Positions 28,960-38,598 of a stretch of DNA of 64,000 nt are shown one piece after another. The position numbers and the translations under genes were made by a program. The notes under the pieces are model-generated. The model searched no databases and was not told the origin of the DNA. It saw only the letters and a program-made list of their open reading frames with translations. Source of the stretch: Edaphocola flava (GTDB lineage Bacteria > Bacteroidota > Bacteroidia > Chitinophagales > Chitinophagaceae); assembly GCF_004118155.1 (NCBI RefSeq), contig NZ_SAIQ01000002.1:460487-524486 (forward strand). The letters are read 5' to 3'. The stretch's first letter is position 1. Each line of letters opens with the position of its first letter.

Positions 28960-29787
28960 ATGACCAGCCCATATACCCGAGTACAGCTTGCCGATATGAT
29001 CCTGAAACGTTTAGAACAGGAAAAGGACCAGTTGGAGCAACATTTCAAAGCGACAGATAAAATTCATTCCTGCACTATTGATAATTTGCTGCCGGAAGAG
29101 ATTGCCTTGCAGATTTACAAGGCGTTTCCAACCCCGGAACAGATGGGGGAGCATCGGTCTATAAGAGAATATAAAAAGGTGGCGGCACAGATGAACCTGT
29201 ATAATCCATTGCTGGAAGAGATTATATATGCCTTCCAGGATGAGCGGGTAGTGCGTATTGTAGAGGCTATAACCGGTATCCCGGATATGCGTCCCGATGA
29301 GCATCTGTATGCCGGAGGCATCAGCCTGATGACCAAAGGAAATTTCCTGAATCCGCATCTGGATAACTCACATGACAATGATCGCAGCCTGTACCGGGTA
29401 CTGAACCTGTTGTATTATGTATCGCCGGACTGGAGCCTGGAAAACGGTGGTAATCTCGAATTGTGGGATCATGGTACCGAACAGCAACAGCGAACTATAG
29501 TCTCGGCATTTAACCGCCTGGCACTCATGATCACCAACAAAACCTCTATTCATTCGGTAAGCAAGGTAACTGCTGAGGCTAGCCGTTGCTGTGTATCCAA
29601 TTATTATTTCTCTCCGCACTCACTGGAAGGCGGAAACTACTTTCATGTAACCAGCTTCTATGGCCGTCCTGAAGAGCCTGTGAAGAAAATATTACTGGCA
29701 CTGGACCGTAAGCTGCGCAACCTCATACGCAAGCTTACCGGTAAGCGCATCGTGGAGACAAAACATATCTACAAAAAAGATCAGTAA
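28960..29787 (+). CDS. 2OG-Fe(II) oxygenase superfamily protein (prolyl-4-hydroxylase-like)
   Basis: HLDNSHD (HxD) ... NGGNLELW ... HSVS distal His: the 2-His-1-carboxylate facial triad spacing of PF13640-type oxygenases. Confidence 0.7.
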   Translation: MTSPYTRVQLADMILKRLEQEKDQLEQHFKATDKIHSCTIDNLLPEEIALQIYKAFPTPEQMGEHRSIREYKKVAAQMNLYNPLLEEIIYAFQDERVVRIVEAITGIPDMRPDEHLYAGGISLMTKGNFLNPHLDNSHDNDRSLYRVLNLLYYVSPDWSLENGGNLELWDHGTEQQQRTIVSAFNRLALMITNKTSIHSVSKVTAEASRCCVSNYYFSPHSLEGGNYFHVTSFYGRPEEPVKKILLALDRKLRNLIRKLTGKRIVETKHIYKKDQ

Positions 29788-29789
29788 AC

Positions 29790-30341
29790 CTACTGTTGCT
29801 GTTGCAGGCATCGCATCGCCTGCTGCATATGGCGTATCTCATGGTTGAGTAAGAAGCGGAACGTATCGCCCAGTCTTAACCTGATGAGTTTGCTGATGCT
29901 GATACCGGTCTTTGTTTTGGCAAGGTCTACCTTTTCTGCTTTGGTCAGCAGGTTCAGTAATTGCTCCTGCTGACGGATATATTCCTTAATAACCGTTTTG
30001 TCTAATGTGCTATGGATCGGATTCATAGCCGTAAATGTTTTCATCTTATTCAGTTTAGCCTTGGGCAGCATACTGTTGGCAAAATAATTGCCCAGCCATC
30101 CACTACGGAAAGTTGTGGTTGCTGCATACCGGCTTTTAGCTATAGCATTGCCGATCTCCGGAATGTAGAAATGGCCGTAGAGATTCAGGTGTTGCAGGCA
30201 TTCCAGTACACTCCAGCTTTCCGCTGTGGCACGCCAGTTCAGCACCGCCTCCGGTAAATCCAGCAGCGTGCTCGCCTGTTGTTGCTGCTCCTCCAGAATC
30301 TGTTTCAGATTTGCAATCAGTAAGTGTGTCTGTATCTTCAT
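29790..30341 (-). CDS. DinB/YfiT-like (DinB_2) family protein
   Basis: Four-helix-bundle-like size (183 aa), conserved His residues near both ends (CLQHLNLYGH ... NHEIRHMQ). Confidence 0.5.
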   Translation of the reverse strand: MKIQTHLLIANLKQILEEQQQQASTLLDLPEAVLNWRATAESWSVLECLQHLNLYGHFYIPEIGNAIAKSRYAATTTFRSGWLGNYFANSMLPKAKLNKMKTFTAMNPIHSTLDKTVIKEYIRQQEQLLNLLTKAEKVDLAKTKTGISISKLIRLRLGDTFRFLLNHEIRHMQQAMRCLQQQQ

Positions 30342-30398
30342 AAAATAGTTTCTTTATGCAAAGATCAGGAACCAGTTACGTATGATTATTGATTGAGA

Positions 30399-30932
30399 TC
30401 AAGACTTTTTAAGCCGGGAGAGGGTTTCCGGGCTCATGCGCAGGTAAGAGGCAATATATTTGTTCGGGATCTGCTGAAATAATTGCGGACTGCGTGCCAG
30501 TACTCTTTCATAGCGGGTTTTAGGCGCCGTAGTAAGCAGGTCTATCTCCCGTTCCATCTGCTGTACCACCAGATCCTCCATCAGCCTGGCCCATAATTGT
30601 GTATAGGCAATGTCTGAATAGACCCATTGCATAAACGCTTCCTTCCGGATGATATGCACTTTCGTTTTTTTGATTGCCTGCATATAAAAAGAGGTCGGCT
30701 GTCCGGTTAGAAAAGCGTCCAGGGCTACGATAATATTACCTGCATATCCAAAGCGGATGATCTGCTCTTCGTCCTGGTCCGTAACATAAACCTGTACCGA
30801 TCCTTCTTCGATATAATAAATGTCTGTAGCCATTGTTCCCGCATGACATAAATAGGCATTACGGGCATAAACTTGCTGTTGCATGGCAATGCCGTTTTGA
30901 ATAAGGAGATCCAGTAATGCCGCAGGTTGCAT
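30399..30932 (-). CDS. Crp/Fnr-family transcriptional regulator
   Basis: N-terminal cNMP-binding beta-roll; C-terminal HTH (YIASYLRMSPETLSRLKK). Confidence 0.8.
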   Translation of the reverse strand: MQPAALLDLLIQNGIAMQQQVYARNAYLCHAGTMATDIYYIEEGSVQVYVTDQDEEQIIRFGYAGNIIVALDAFLTGQPTSFYMQAIKKTKVHIIRKEAFMQWVYSDIAYTQLWARLMEDLVVQQMEREIDLLTTAPKTRYERVLARSPQLFQQIPNKYIASYLRMSPETLSRLKKS

Positions 30933-31030
30933 GAAACAAGATTAGAGTACCCTCAAATGTACTATAAAATCAATAAAGCGCTGCCTTTTCGGGCAGCGCT
31001 TTATATGTATAAACAGGATTTGTATCCTGT

Positions 31031-32971
31031 TTATGGATTTACTGTAGTATCTTCCTTAGGCTTATTGATCGTGCGATCACTGTCCATCATCTCCATCAGC
31101 TTCAGTCCCAGCAAACCACTCATAGGGCCGTCATTGCCGCCGTTACCGCCGATCAGCACTTCCGGAATCACTTTGATCTGGTTTTTACCAATCTCTTCCG
31201 TGATTTTATAACGGGTAAAGTTATCGCCACCCATCGCTTTAACCTGCAGTTCATAGGCCTCAGCGGTAGATTTACCAATCGCAAGAATTTTCTCTGCCTC
31301 GGCATTACCGGTTTTGGCAATGCGTTCTGCTTCCGCACTGGCATTCAGTTTGGTCGCCTCGGCCTGCGCACCTGCACGGGCTTTAGTAGCCTCAGCTTCG
31401 GCCTGCGCCCTCATTTTGGTCGCCTGTGCTTCCGCGTCTACCTGCAGCTTCATACTGGTTGCATCACCCTCCGCTTTTTTAACGGTCGCATCGGCAGTAC
31501 GTTGAGAGATTTCTACACTTTGCTGTGCTTTTACAATCTCTTTCTGCATATCGGCAATGGCTGTTTCTTTTTCTACCCCCTGGCGTTGCTCCTGTGCCAT
31601 TCTCTGTGTCTGGTAGGTCTTTTGCTCCTCTTCCGCAATCTTACGGTCGGTCAGGGTTTTCATCAGCGCCTCCGGAGGTACGATATCCCCGATCAGGGTA
31701 TCCACCGCATTTACGTTATATTCATCCAGCACCTGTCTGATATGGTTTTTAGCCGCATCCTGTCTTTCTTTACGGGAGGTAAGGAAGTTGATCACATCAC
31801 TATCCTGTGCCGAGTTACGGAAATAGTTACCAATGGTCGGTTCCAGTACCTGAGATACCAGGTTGTTCATGCTACCGAAACGGGCAATTACTTTTGGAGC
31901 CTCATTGGCCGGAACGTGTATGATCTGTGCCACATCCAGGTTGAATGGGAAACCGTCTTTGGAACGAACGGTAATCGTAGACAGGTTTTTATCCAGTGCA
32001 TGTGCCTCACTGCGGGCATTGGCCCAGTTCAGTACCAGGTTGGTTGTTGGTACCAGTTCTACCTTCATCGTATATACATTGATCGGGTACTTACCCGGAC
32101 CCAGTGGTTCAAGCCATACCCCACGGAATCCTTTCTGCACAATATTGCCATGTCTGAAATGCTCACCGGTTACATCCTTGCCATCCTCACCTATATAGCT
32201 GATCACGACACCTACATGGCCAATGGGTACTTCTGTCATCACCCTTTCTTCGATCTGTACTGCCCATGGGTTGATGTAGTAAGAACCGGCAAGAATGACC
32301 TGCGGCTGCAGACCACGGTTACCACCCTGACCCAGGAAGGTGTCTATATCCTGAAAGTTATTGTGGCCATCTACATGCCGTCCGGCGATCTGTCCCGAAG
32401 GCAGCGGATCACCGTCCAACGTAGTAATGATCCCTACACGGTTTTCGCTGATGGCAATCTGATCAGTAACCGTGATTTCAAAAAGATAAGTATTGATACG
32501 GTATGAACCGGCAGTGATAAATTCAGTCTGACGGCCACGCTGTCCGCCATTCTGCAGGAACTTCTCCGCATCCTGAAAATTATCGCAGGGGATCTTACGG
32601 GCCAGAATGCGTCCTGTAGGGATTTCTGCACCATCTTTAGACAATACCAGCCCGATCTTACCTTCGGGTATCACGATAAAAGGTTGCATATCTATACTGT
32701 ACTGCCATATCCACATGCCCCAATACAGGCCGGGAGCAAGCGTTTTGGCCTGGAAGCCCGCCTCGCCTTTCGTGGCAATGATGCGGCCATCTGGTAGTGA
32801 TTTGGATGCACCGAAGAGTACGAATTTTTTAGTGACCATACCGATCCTGTTCTCGGGCACTATGACCATGCCCAGCAGGACGCGTAAAATAAATTTGTGC
32901 AACACTGCACAGATCAGAAGTAAAATGAGAATAATGCTCAGCGCTTTATGCGCAAGTAAAAATGAAAACAT
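31031..32971 (-). CDS. Flotillin-like SPFH/band-7 family membrane protein (YqiK/FloA-like)
   Basis: N-terminal TM anchor, SPFH domain, long C-terminal Ala/Glu/Lys-rich coiled-coil repeats (KAEGDATSMKLQVDAEAQATKMRAQAEAEATKARAGAQAEATK). Confidence 0.8.
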   Translation of the reverse strand: MFSFLLAHKALSIILILLLICAVLHKFILRVLLGMVIVPENRIGMVTKKFVLFGASKSLPDGRIIATKGEAGFQAKTLAPGLYWGMWIWQYSIDMQPFIVIPEGKIGLVLSKDGAEIPTGRILARKIPCDNFQDAEKFLQNGGQRGRQTEFITAGSYRINTYLFEITVTDQIAISENRVGIITTLDGDPLPSGQIAGRHVDGHNNFQDIDTFLGQGGNRGLQPQVILAGSYYINPWAVQIEERVMTEVPIGHVGVVISYIGEDGKDVTGEHFRHGNIVQKGFRGVWLEPLGPGKYPINVYTMKVELVPTTNLVLNWANARSEAHALDKNLSTITVRSKDGFPFNLDVAQIIHVPANEAPKVIARFGSMNNLVSQVLEPTIGNYFRNSAQDSDVINFLTSRKERQDAAKNHIRQVLDEYNVNAVDTLIGDIVPPEALMKTLTDRKIAEEEQKTYQTQRMAQEQRQGVEKETAIADMQKEIVKAQQSVEISQRTADATVKKAEGDATSMKLQVDAEAQATKMRAQAEAEATKARAGAQAEATKLNASAEAERIAKTGNAEAEKILAIGKSTAEAYELQVKAMGGDNFTRYKITEEIGKNQIKVIPEVLIGGNGGNDGPMSGLLGLKLMEMMDSDRTINKPKEDTTVNP

Positions 32972-33220
32972 AATTATGATTGTTTTTAGTATGGAAAATA
33001 AAAGGTCATTCCCGAAGCATATGCTTCAGGGCAGGAGCGTGAAATAGACACAAGAATGGCTATTAGTACTCCATAAATATTGAATAAAGGGATGTTTACA
33101 CTTTCGGAGGAGAGGTGTTAAACTTGTGCAGTATGAAAGCCGTAATAAACAGAATGGGCTTGAGTGTGTTCACCGTGTTGTGATTTGTACCACAAAGATA
33201 TATGTGTTTTGAACAAACAA

Positions 33221-33268
33221 AAAAATCATTAACACGAAAATGGTGTAATCGTTTTGTTAATGATTTTT
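33221..33268 (-). terminator. Long AT-rich hairpin terminator downstream of the FUSC gene
   Basis: 14-bp perfect stem aaaaatcattaaca / tgttaatgattttt with a 20-nt loop, T-rich on the minus strand. Confidence 0.55.
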
Positions 33269-33308
33269 CTATAGCCTGGAATGCTTGAGGATAGTGGATT
33301 TGCGGGGA

Positions 33309-34415
33309 CTATACCTGTCTTCTATGGATAAATATCCTTGTCTTGCGAATCTGGCGTACGGCTCCCTGGCGTATTTTTTCATGATAGATAAACCAGCCAC
33401 CAATAGCACCGATCAGGCTACCGACCAGTATATCAGTAATGCGCGCACTCAGCAGGTGATTGGGATCCTGTACCAATGGATTGGCTGCCTCTGCCAGTAA
33501 GATCGTCATAGGGGTAATAAAGATTACCGCCAGTGCATAATGGCGGCCGATCAACAGTTCTACTACAAATTGCAGTACAATAATGCTGATGCAGATACTG
33601 AGCGGAGTTTTGCTGATCGACAGTGCCAGCCAGCATAAACCCAGTCCTACCAATGTACCGATAACGCGATGTACTGCACGGCGCCAGATGTGTACGCGAG
33701 ATACACCCTGCATCACTGCCAGACAGGAAATAGGTATCCAGTACGGATTTTTAAAGGCGAGTAAATGGCCCGTCAGCAGTGCTGCGAACATGAACAGGCC
33801 CATAATGCCGGATTCTACAAGGGAAGTGTATTGATTGTTTCTTATCGTAACGGATATATTTTGTGCTGATGCCGGAGCCTGTTTGCGCAGCATCAGCAGG
33901 CCATATGTCAGGCCCAGCAGGCAGGCGAGCATAGAGCCCAGGCCCAGCAAGCCTATTTTCTGTGGTATTAGCGAAAGGTCAAAAGGCTGGCAGCTGGCCA
34001 TTGAGGCCATCATAATAAAGAAAAAATTTCCGGGAGGTTTCGTTTTAAAGAAGGACACAATCCAGTGTGCAGCCATCGCCCAGAGGCCAAATACCACCGC
34101 CGAAACATAAGGATTGAAACTGAAAAATAAACCAATAGTATAGGAGAGCATAAAGCCGAATGCGCAGGTCAGCAGGGTAATCATGCGATTGGCCAGGGGC
34201 AGGGAAGGAGCATAGTACAGGATCACCAATCCACCCATACTGGACACCAGGCTGTTCTTCAGATTACCGGTACACAAACCAATGATCAGGGGTATACCTA
34301 CCGATAGGGCCGCCAGTACCGGAATGTGCCAGACACGATTACTCTTGTTCAAATGGAAGAATGCCCTGATCTCTTTGCGCAGCTCCTGGCGGAAGCCTGG
34401 TCTTTCTGTACTCAT
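33309..34415 (-). CDS. FUSC-family (fusaric acid resistance / aromatic acid exporter-like) membrane protein
   Basis: 368 aa, multiple TM helices with the FUSC-like pattern. Call by overall architecture only. Confidence 0.6.
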   Translation of the reverse strand: MSTERPGFRQELRKEIRAFFHLNKSNRVWHIPVLAALSVGIPLIIGLCTGNLKNSLVSSMGGLVILYYAPSLPLANRMITLLTCAFGFMLSYTIGLFFSFNPYVSAVVFGLWAMAAHWIVSFFKTKPPGNFFFIMMASMASCQPFDLSLIPQKIGLLGLGSMLACLLGLTYGLLMLRKQAPASAQNISVTIRNNQYTSLVESGIMGLFMFAALLTGHLLAFKNPYWIPISCLAVMQGVSRVHIWRRAVHRVIGTLVGLGLCWLALSISKTPLSICISIIVLQFVVELLIGRHYALAVIFITPMTILLAEAANPLVQDPNHLLSARITDILVGSLIGAIGGWFIYHEKIRQGAVRQIRKTRIFIHRRQV

Positions 34416-34478
34416 ATCCCTAAAACTATCCTATGGTTCTTTGCAAAATTAATATTTTCCTTCGAGGATATAAGATCG

Positions 34479-36428
34479 CTAAAACTGCTTATGCTGTATA
34501 CGTATGGCATTTACAATGGCCAGCAGGGCCACACCCACATCGGCAAACACCGCCTCCCACATCGTAGCCAGGCCGCCGGCACCCAGGATCAGCACAACAG
34601 CTTTTACCCCGAATGCAAGACCTATATTCTGCCACACAATCTTTCTGGTAGCTTTCCCGATGCGTATGGCCATTGGTATTTTGGATGGCTGATCGTCCTG
34701 GATCACCACATCTGCTGTTTCGATAGTGGCATCACTGCCCAGCCCACCCATAGCAATACCCACATCACTTAAAGCCACTACTGGTGCATCATTTACCCCG
34801 TCGCCCACAAAGGCAATACGCTTCTGTGGTGTCTTTAACGCTTTCACCTTATTTACCTTGTCTTCAGGAAGTAAGTCTCCGTAAGCATGCTCAATATTAA
34901 GTGTTTGGGCTACATACTGCACCACGGTACTTTTATCTCCGCTGAGCATAGTGGTCTGTACACCCAGCTGATGCAATTGCCGGATGGCCTTTGCCGCATC
35001 TTCTTTGATTTTATCGGCAATCGTCAGGTAGCCGATATACTGATCCTCATAGGCTACCGCAATAGTCGTATATACAATAGCAGAGGTGTCTGTGTCGTAG
35101 CGGATGTTAAAATGGTCGAGTAGTTTGAAATTGCCTACCAGTAAGGCTTTACCATCGTGTAAGGCACTTAATCCCTTTCCGGGTATTTCCGTAATATCGG
35201 TTAGGTTGATATTTGCTGAGCTGTTCCCTACATACTGGTGAATGGCCGTTGCAACCGGATGTGTACTGTTCTGTTCCAGGGCATTGATCAGTTGTAATAT
35301 GCGGGTTGTATCAGTACCGGGAGCAAATACAACATCCTGCACTTCAAAGACACCTTCGGTAAGTGTGCCGGTTTTGTCCATCACCACATGGTCAATATTG
35401 GCCATAAGGTCGAGGAAGTTACTGCCCTTGAAGAGTATGCCGCGCTTACTGGCCGCACCGATGCCCCCGAAATAGCCAAGCGGGATAGAAATGACCAGCG
35501 CACAGGGACAGGAGATCACCAGGAACACCAGCGCACGGTATAGCCACTGCTGGAAATTGTAGTGCTCCATAAACAGCATGGGCAACAAACATATTAGTGC
35601 CGCCAGCAACACTACGATGGGTGTATATACGCGGGCAAATTTGCGGATGAATAACTCTGTCGGTGCTTTCTGTGCCGTTGCGTTCTGTACCAGTTCCAGT
35701 ATTTTGCTGAGTTTACTGTCGGCATAGTCAGTTTTAATGCGCACTAGCGATACACTGGTGAGATTGATCATCCCGGCCAGTACAGTCTCCCCTTTAGTTT
35801 TGGTATCTGGTTTGCTCTCTCCGGTCAGTGCAGCAGTATTAAAGGATGCCGTGTCGGACAAGAGTATGCCATCTAGCGCCAGCTGCTCTCCGGGCTTTAA
35901 ACGGATCACCTGATCGATCTGTGCCTGGTTTGCTTTGATGGTACTGTATTCATTATTCACCACAATAGTTACTTCATCTGGTCGCTGATCCAGCAGTGAT
36001 TTGATATTGGCTTTAGCACGGCGTACGGCCATGCCCTGAAATACTTCTCCTATTGAGTAAAACAGCATCACTGCAACGCCCTCCGGGTATTCGCCAATAC
36101 TGAATGCCCCTATGGTGGCTATGGCCATCAGCAAAAACTCTGAGAATACATCTCCTTTACGAATGCTTTTTAAGGCATCCCGCAGCACCGGAATGCCCAC
36201 CGGAATATATGCTGCAATATACCACAGCAGTCTTACCGGTCCGAAGAACCATGCCTGTGGCCACCAGTTATCCATTACAATGCCAAGGCACAGTATGATG
36301 AATGATAAGATTGCCGGAAGAAAGAAGCGGAAGGTTTGTGTGCTGTTACTATGGTCATGTCCTTCATGGGTATTCAGGACCGGAGTATCATCGTGGCAAT
36401 TGCATGATGGTTCGCTATGTTGGGTCAT
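34479..36428 (-). CDS. Heavy-metal-translocating P1B-type ATPase (Zn/Cd/Pb/Co-type)
   Basis: His-rich N-terminus (CNCHDD...HEGHDHSN), CPC motif in TM6 (SCPCALVISIP), DKTGTLT phosphorylation site, GDGVNDAP hinge. Confidence 0.9.
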   Translation of the reverse strand: MTQHSEPSCNCHDDTPVLNTHEGHDHSNSTQTFRFFLPAILSFIILCLGIVMDNWWPQAWFFGPVRLLWYIAAYIPVGIPVLRDALKSIRKGDVFSEFLLMAIATIGAFSIGEYPEGVAVMLFYSIGEVFQGMAVRRAKANIKSLLDQRPDEVTIVVNNEYSTIKANQAQIDQVIRLKPGEQLALDGILLSDTASFNTAALTGESKPDTKTKGETVLAGMINLTSVSLVRIKTDYADSKLSKILELVQNATAQKAPTELFIRKFARVYTPIVVLLAALICLLPMLFMEHYNFQQWLYRALVFLVISCPCALVISIPLGYFGGIGAASKRGILFKGSNFLDLMANIDHVVMDKTGTLTEGVFEVQDVVFAPGTDTTRILQLINALEQNSTHPVATAIHQYVGNSSANINLTDITEIPGKGLSALHDGKALLVGNFKLLDHFNIRYDTDTSAIVYTTIAVAYEDQYIGYLTIADKIKEDAAKAIRQLHQLGVQTTMLSGDKSTVVQYVAQTLNIEHAYGDLLPEDKVNKVKALKTPQKRIAFVGDGVNDAPVVALSDVGIAMGGLGSDATIETADVVIQDDQPSKIPMAIRIGKATRKIVWQNIGLAFGVKAVVLILGAGGLATMWEAVFADVGVALLAIVNAIRIQHKQF

Positions 36429-36456
36429 AATGCTTGTTCTTTATTGTTGTTCTGTA

Positions 36457-36491
36457 CAAAGGTACTCATCAGGGTGTGCAATATTATTGCA
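36457..36491 (-). promoter_or_regulatory. Predicted promoter of the ATPase gene with an overlapping perfect 7-1-7 palindrome (candidate metalloregulator operator)
   Basis: caaaggta (TACCTTTG on the minus strand) at 36457-36464, 29 nt upstream of the ATG. TGCAATAtTATTGCA at 36477-36491 sits where the -33 element would be and overlaps the stop codon of the Fur-family gene. Confidence 0.45.
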
Positions 36492-36921
36492 TTGTTCCGG
36501 CGCAACGGTCACAGATGCCGGAAGCGGAGAAGCGCCATTGTACCACAGAAAAGCCCGGTGGGAGTGCCATTACAGAAAGGTCTACCTGGTGCAGGCAGGT
36601 AGTGTTTCTGCATTTGGTACAGAAAAAATGCAGGTGATCATCATGATGTATACCGGTTGCGCAAGACTCATCGCAAAGCAGGTATTTGGTTACCTGTTGT
36701 TCCTGTATGCTATGGATCACTCCCTTCTGTTCAAATGTTTTCAGGGTGCGGTACAGGGTTATGCGGTCTGCTTTGTGAAAGTGCATTTCAATATCAGCAA
36801 GCGATACCGCAGCCTGCTGCTCCAGCAAATATTCCAGGGTCAGCAGGCGCATGGCTGTAGGCTGAATCTCTTTGTTCAGCAGGATCTGCACGTTACGTTC
36901 ATCATTCTGTCCGGCGTTCAT
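36484..36921 (-). CDS. Fur-family metalloregulator (Zur/Fur-like)
   Basis: DNA-binding helix DRITLYRTLKTFEQKGVIH; metal sites HHDDHLHFFCTKC ... CDRC. The ORF is open to 37011, but the start is placed at MNAGQ (36921) to give a typical ~145-aa Fur protein. Confidence 0.7.
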   Translation of the reverse strand: MNAGQNDERNVQILLNKEIQPTAMRLLTLEYLLEQQAAVSLADIEMHFHKADRITLYRTLKTFEQKGVIHSIQEQQVTKYLLCDESCATGIHHDDHLHFFCTKCRNTTCLHQVDLSVMALPPGFSVVQWRFSASGICDRCAGTMQ

Positions 36922-37016
36922 AAACTTAGCTTTTACTGTGTATACAAAGATACATGATCTGCCCTGCAACCCGGTTGCATTTTGCATATGGCTATTGCCC
37001 AAAGCGCTCATACGAC

Positions 37017-37046
37017 AATACCCGGCGCAAAGGCCGGGTATTGTTT
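37017..37046 (-). terminator. Hairpin terminator downstream of the sigma/anti-sigma pair
   Basis: aatacccggc-gcaaag-gccgggtatt, located 20 nt past the anti-sigma gene stop. Confidence 0.55.
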
Positions 37047-37066
37047 AAATAAAATCAAATATTGTG

Positions 37067-37906
37067 TTAGATTTCGCCCATTACATACATATTCTCCATA
37101 GTCGGAGTAGGGCTGCCCCCTGCATGTTCCAGAGTAATGGCAAATGCCTGCGCATGCTCGATAACATACATTTTCTGCACCATGTCGCCAGATTGCTGGT
37201 CATACATACCGGCATCTACCGGTTTGCCATCAACAATGGCCCACAACTGGTATTGCATATTTTCCGGTGCTTTTGGTAGGTTCTCCAGACTCAGGTACGT
37301 CTGCTTAGTTTTATTGTCTACATAAACCATAGCTTTCATACCCGGGTGTTTTTCCACGCCTTTCAGCATTACCGTTTTCATTTCCGGATTGCTGCTCATG
37401 TCCCATTTTCGTTGCAGTTGATTATAGGCAAGTGCAGTATACTGTTGCTTTTGCTGTACAGCTGCCAGCTGCGTTTTCATACTGTTCTGCTCGCGGACCA
37501 GGTATGCAAGGCCTGCAATACTTACCAGTAACAGCAGCGATGCAGCCATGGCAAGAGTACGGAAGATATTCTGTTTCGCTCCTCCAGTTGTTACTTGCGG
37601 AGTAGCAGGTATAAATGCAGTGGTATTACCAGAACTTGCCGGGGCAGAAGCGATGCTTTCTTCTTTTGAAGAAGATGCTTCTTCTGCCTGTATTTTGGAC
37701 CAGATTGCTGCTTTCAGGTGCGCAGGCGGAGGCACAGCCTCTTGCGTAGCCAGCCCCTCAAGGCTTAACTGCGCATCGAGTACAGCCTGTCTTACTTCAG
37801 CATTATGCTTCTGTACACACTGCAGAATCTGAATTTCTTCTTCTGTAGCGAGTCCCATGACATATGCCTCTATAATACCTGATGATATGTAAGCCTGGAT
37901 ATCCAA
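37067..37906 (-). CDS. Anti-sigma factor (RskA-like, single-pass membrane)
   Basis: N-terminal anti-sigma domain (AYISSGIIEAYVMGLATEEE...LQCVQKH), a central TM helix (LLLLVSIAGLAYL) and a C-terminal periplasmic domain. Start is 2 nt after the ECF sigma gene's stop. Confidence 0.75.
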   Translation of the reverse strand: MDIQAYISSGIIEAYVMGLATEEEIQILQCVQKHNAEVRQAVLDAQLSLEGLATQEAVPPPAHLKAAIWSKIQAEEASSSKEESIASAPASSGNTTAFIPATPQVTTGGAKQNIFRTLAMAASLLLLVSIAGLAYLVREQNSMKTQLAAVQQKQQYTALAYNQLQRKWDMSSNPEMKTVMLKGVEKHPGMKAMVYVDNKTKQTYLSLENLPKAPENMQYQLWAIVDGKPVDAGMYDQQSGDMVQKMYVIEHAQAFAITLEHAGGSPTPTMENMYVMGEI

Positions 37907-37907
37907 T

Positions 37908-38582
37908 TTACTCGTAGTCTTTTAATAATTTTCTTAATTCAGTTAATGCGTTCCGCGTTCGGGTTTTCACGGTACCAATCGGGATGTTGAGCTTCTCTGC
38001 AATTTCTGTCTGGGTGTATCCCTGGAAGTATGCCAGCTCTATCAACTCCTGCCACTCTTTCTTCATGCTGTATATAATATTTTTCATGCCGATCTGGTCA
38101 CTTCGTTTGATCCCCGTTTCATCTACCTGACCGGCTAGTATGGGTGGATCATCCTTATGTACGAAATTGTGGAGAGATTGGTTTTTCTGTTCATTCTGAT
38201 AGCCTTTTGACTTCAGAAAGTCCAGTGCCGTATTCCGGGCAATGTTGATCATCCAGGTATACAGGCGACCCTTGGATGCATCGTACTGGTCTATATTCTT
38301 CCAGATTTTCAGAAACACGTCCTGTATTACCTCTTCGGCATATTCAGAAGCGAACACTACTTTTAAAATAAGGCCATAGATTGCTCCCGAATAATTATCA
38401 TACAGATAATTAAACGCCTTCTCATCTTTATTTTTCAATAAAGAGATCAGTTCTTCTTCGGAGAGTTTAACGGTCGGATTCAATAGCGCCTGGTTCGGTG
38501 TGTATGGCAAAAATATAAAAATTAACAGACTGACAAAGTTTTTTTGAAACCATTGGCAAAATCTTTTCGTAGATGAACACAA
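37908..38582 (-). CDS. ECF-subfamily RNA polymerase sigma-70 factor
   Basis: Region 2 (FNYLYDNYSGAIYGLILKVV...DVFLKIWKNI) and region 4 HTH (QGYTQTEIAEKLNIPIGTVKTRTRNALTELRKL). The N-terminal ~35 codons of the ORF are probably not translated (start uncertain). Confidence 0.8.
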   Translation of the reverse strand: MCSSTKRFCQWFQKNFVSLLIFIFLPYTPNQALLNPTVKLSEEELISLLKNKDEKAFNYLYDNYSGAIYGLILKVVFASEYAEEVIQDVFLKIWKNIDQYDASKGRLYTWMINIARNTALDFLKSKGYQNEQKNQSLHNFVHKDDPPILAGQVDETGIKRSDQIGMKNIIYSMKKEWQELIELAYFQGYTQTEIAEKLNIPIGTVKTRTRNALTELRKLLKDYE

Positions 38583-38598
38583 ATAAATTACATCAGCA

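Noticed and set aside
31502-32506. 334-aa plus-strand ORF antisense to the flotillin gene
   Set aside because: Low-complexity, Cys/His/Arg-rich translation with no motifs. It lies entirely inside a well-supported minus-strand gene and is a typical shadow ORF.
36112-36957. 281-aa plus-strand ORF spanning the ATPase start and the Fur-family gene
   Set aside because: Antisense to two confidently called genes; no domain features. Shadow ORF.
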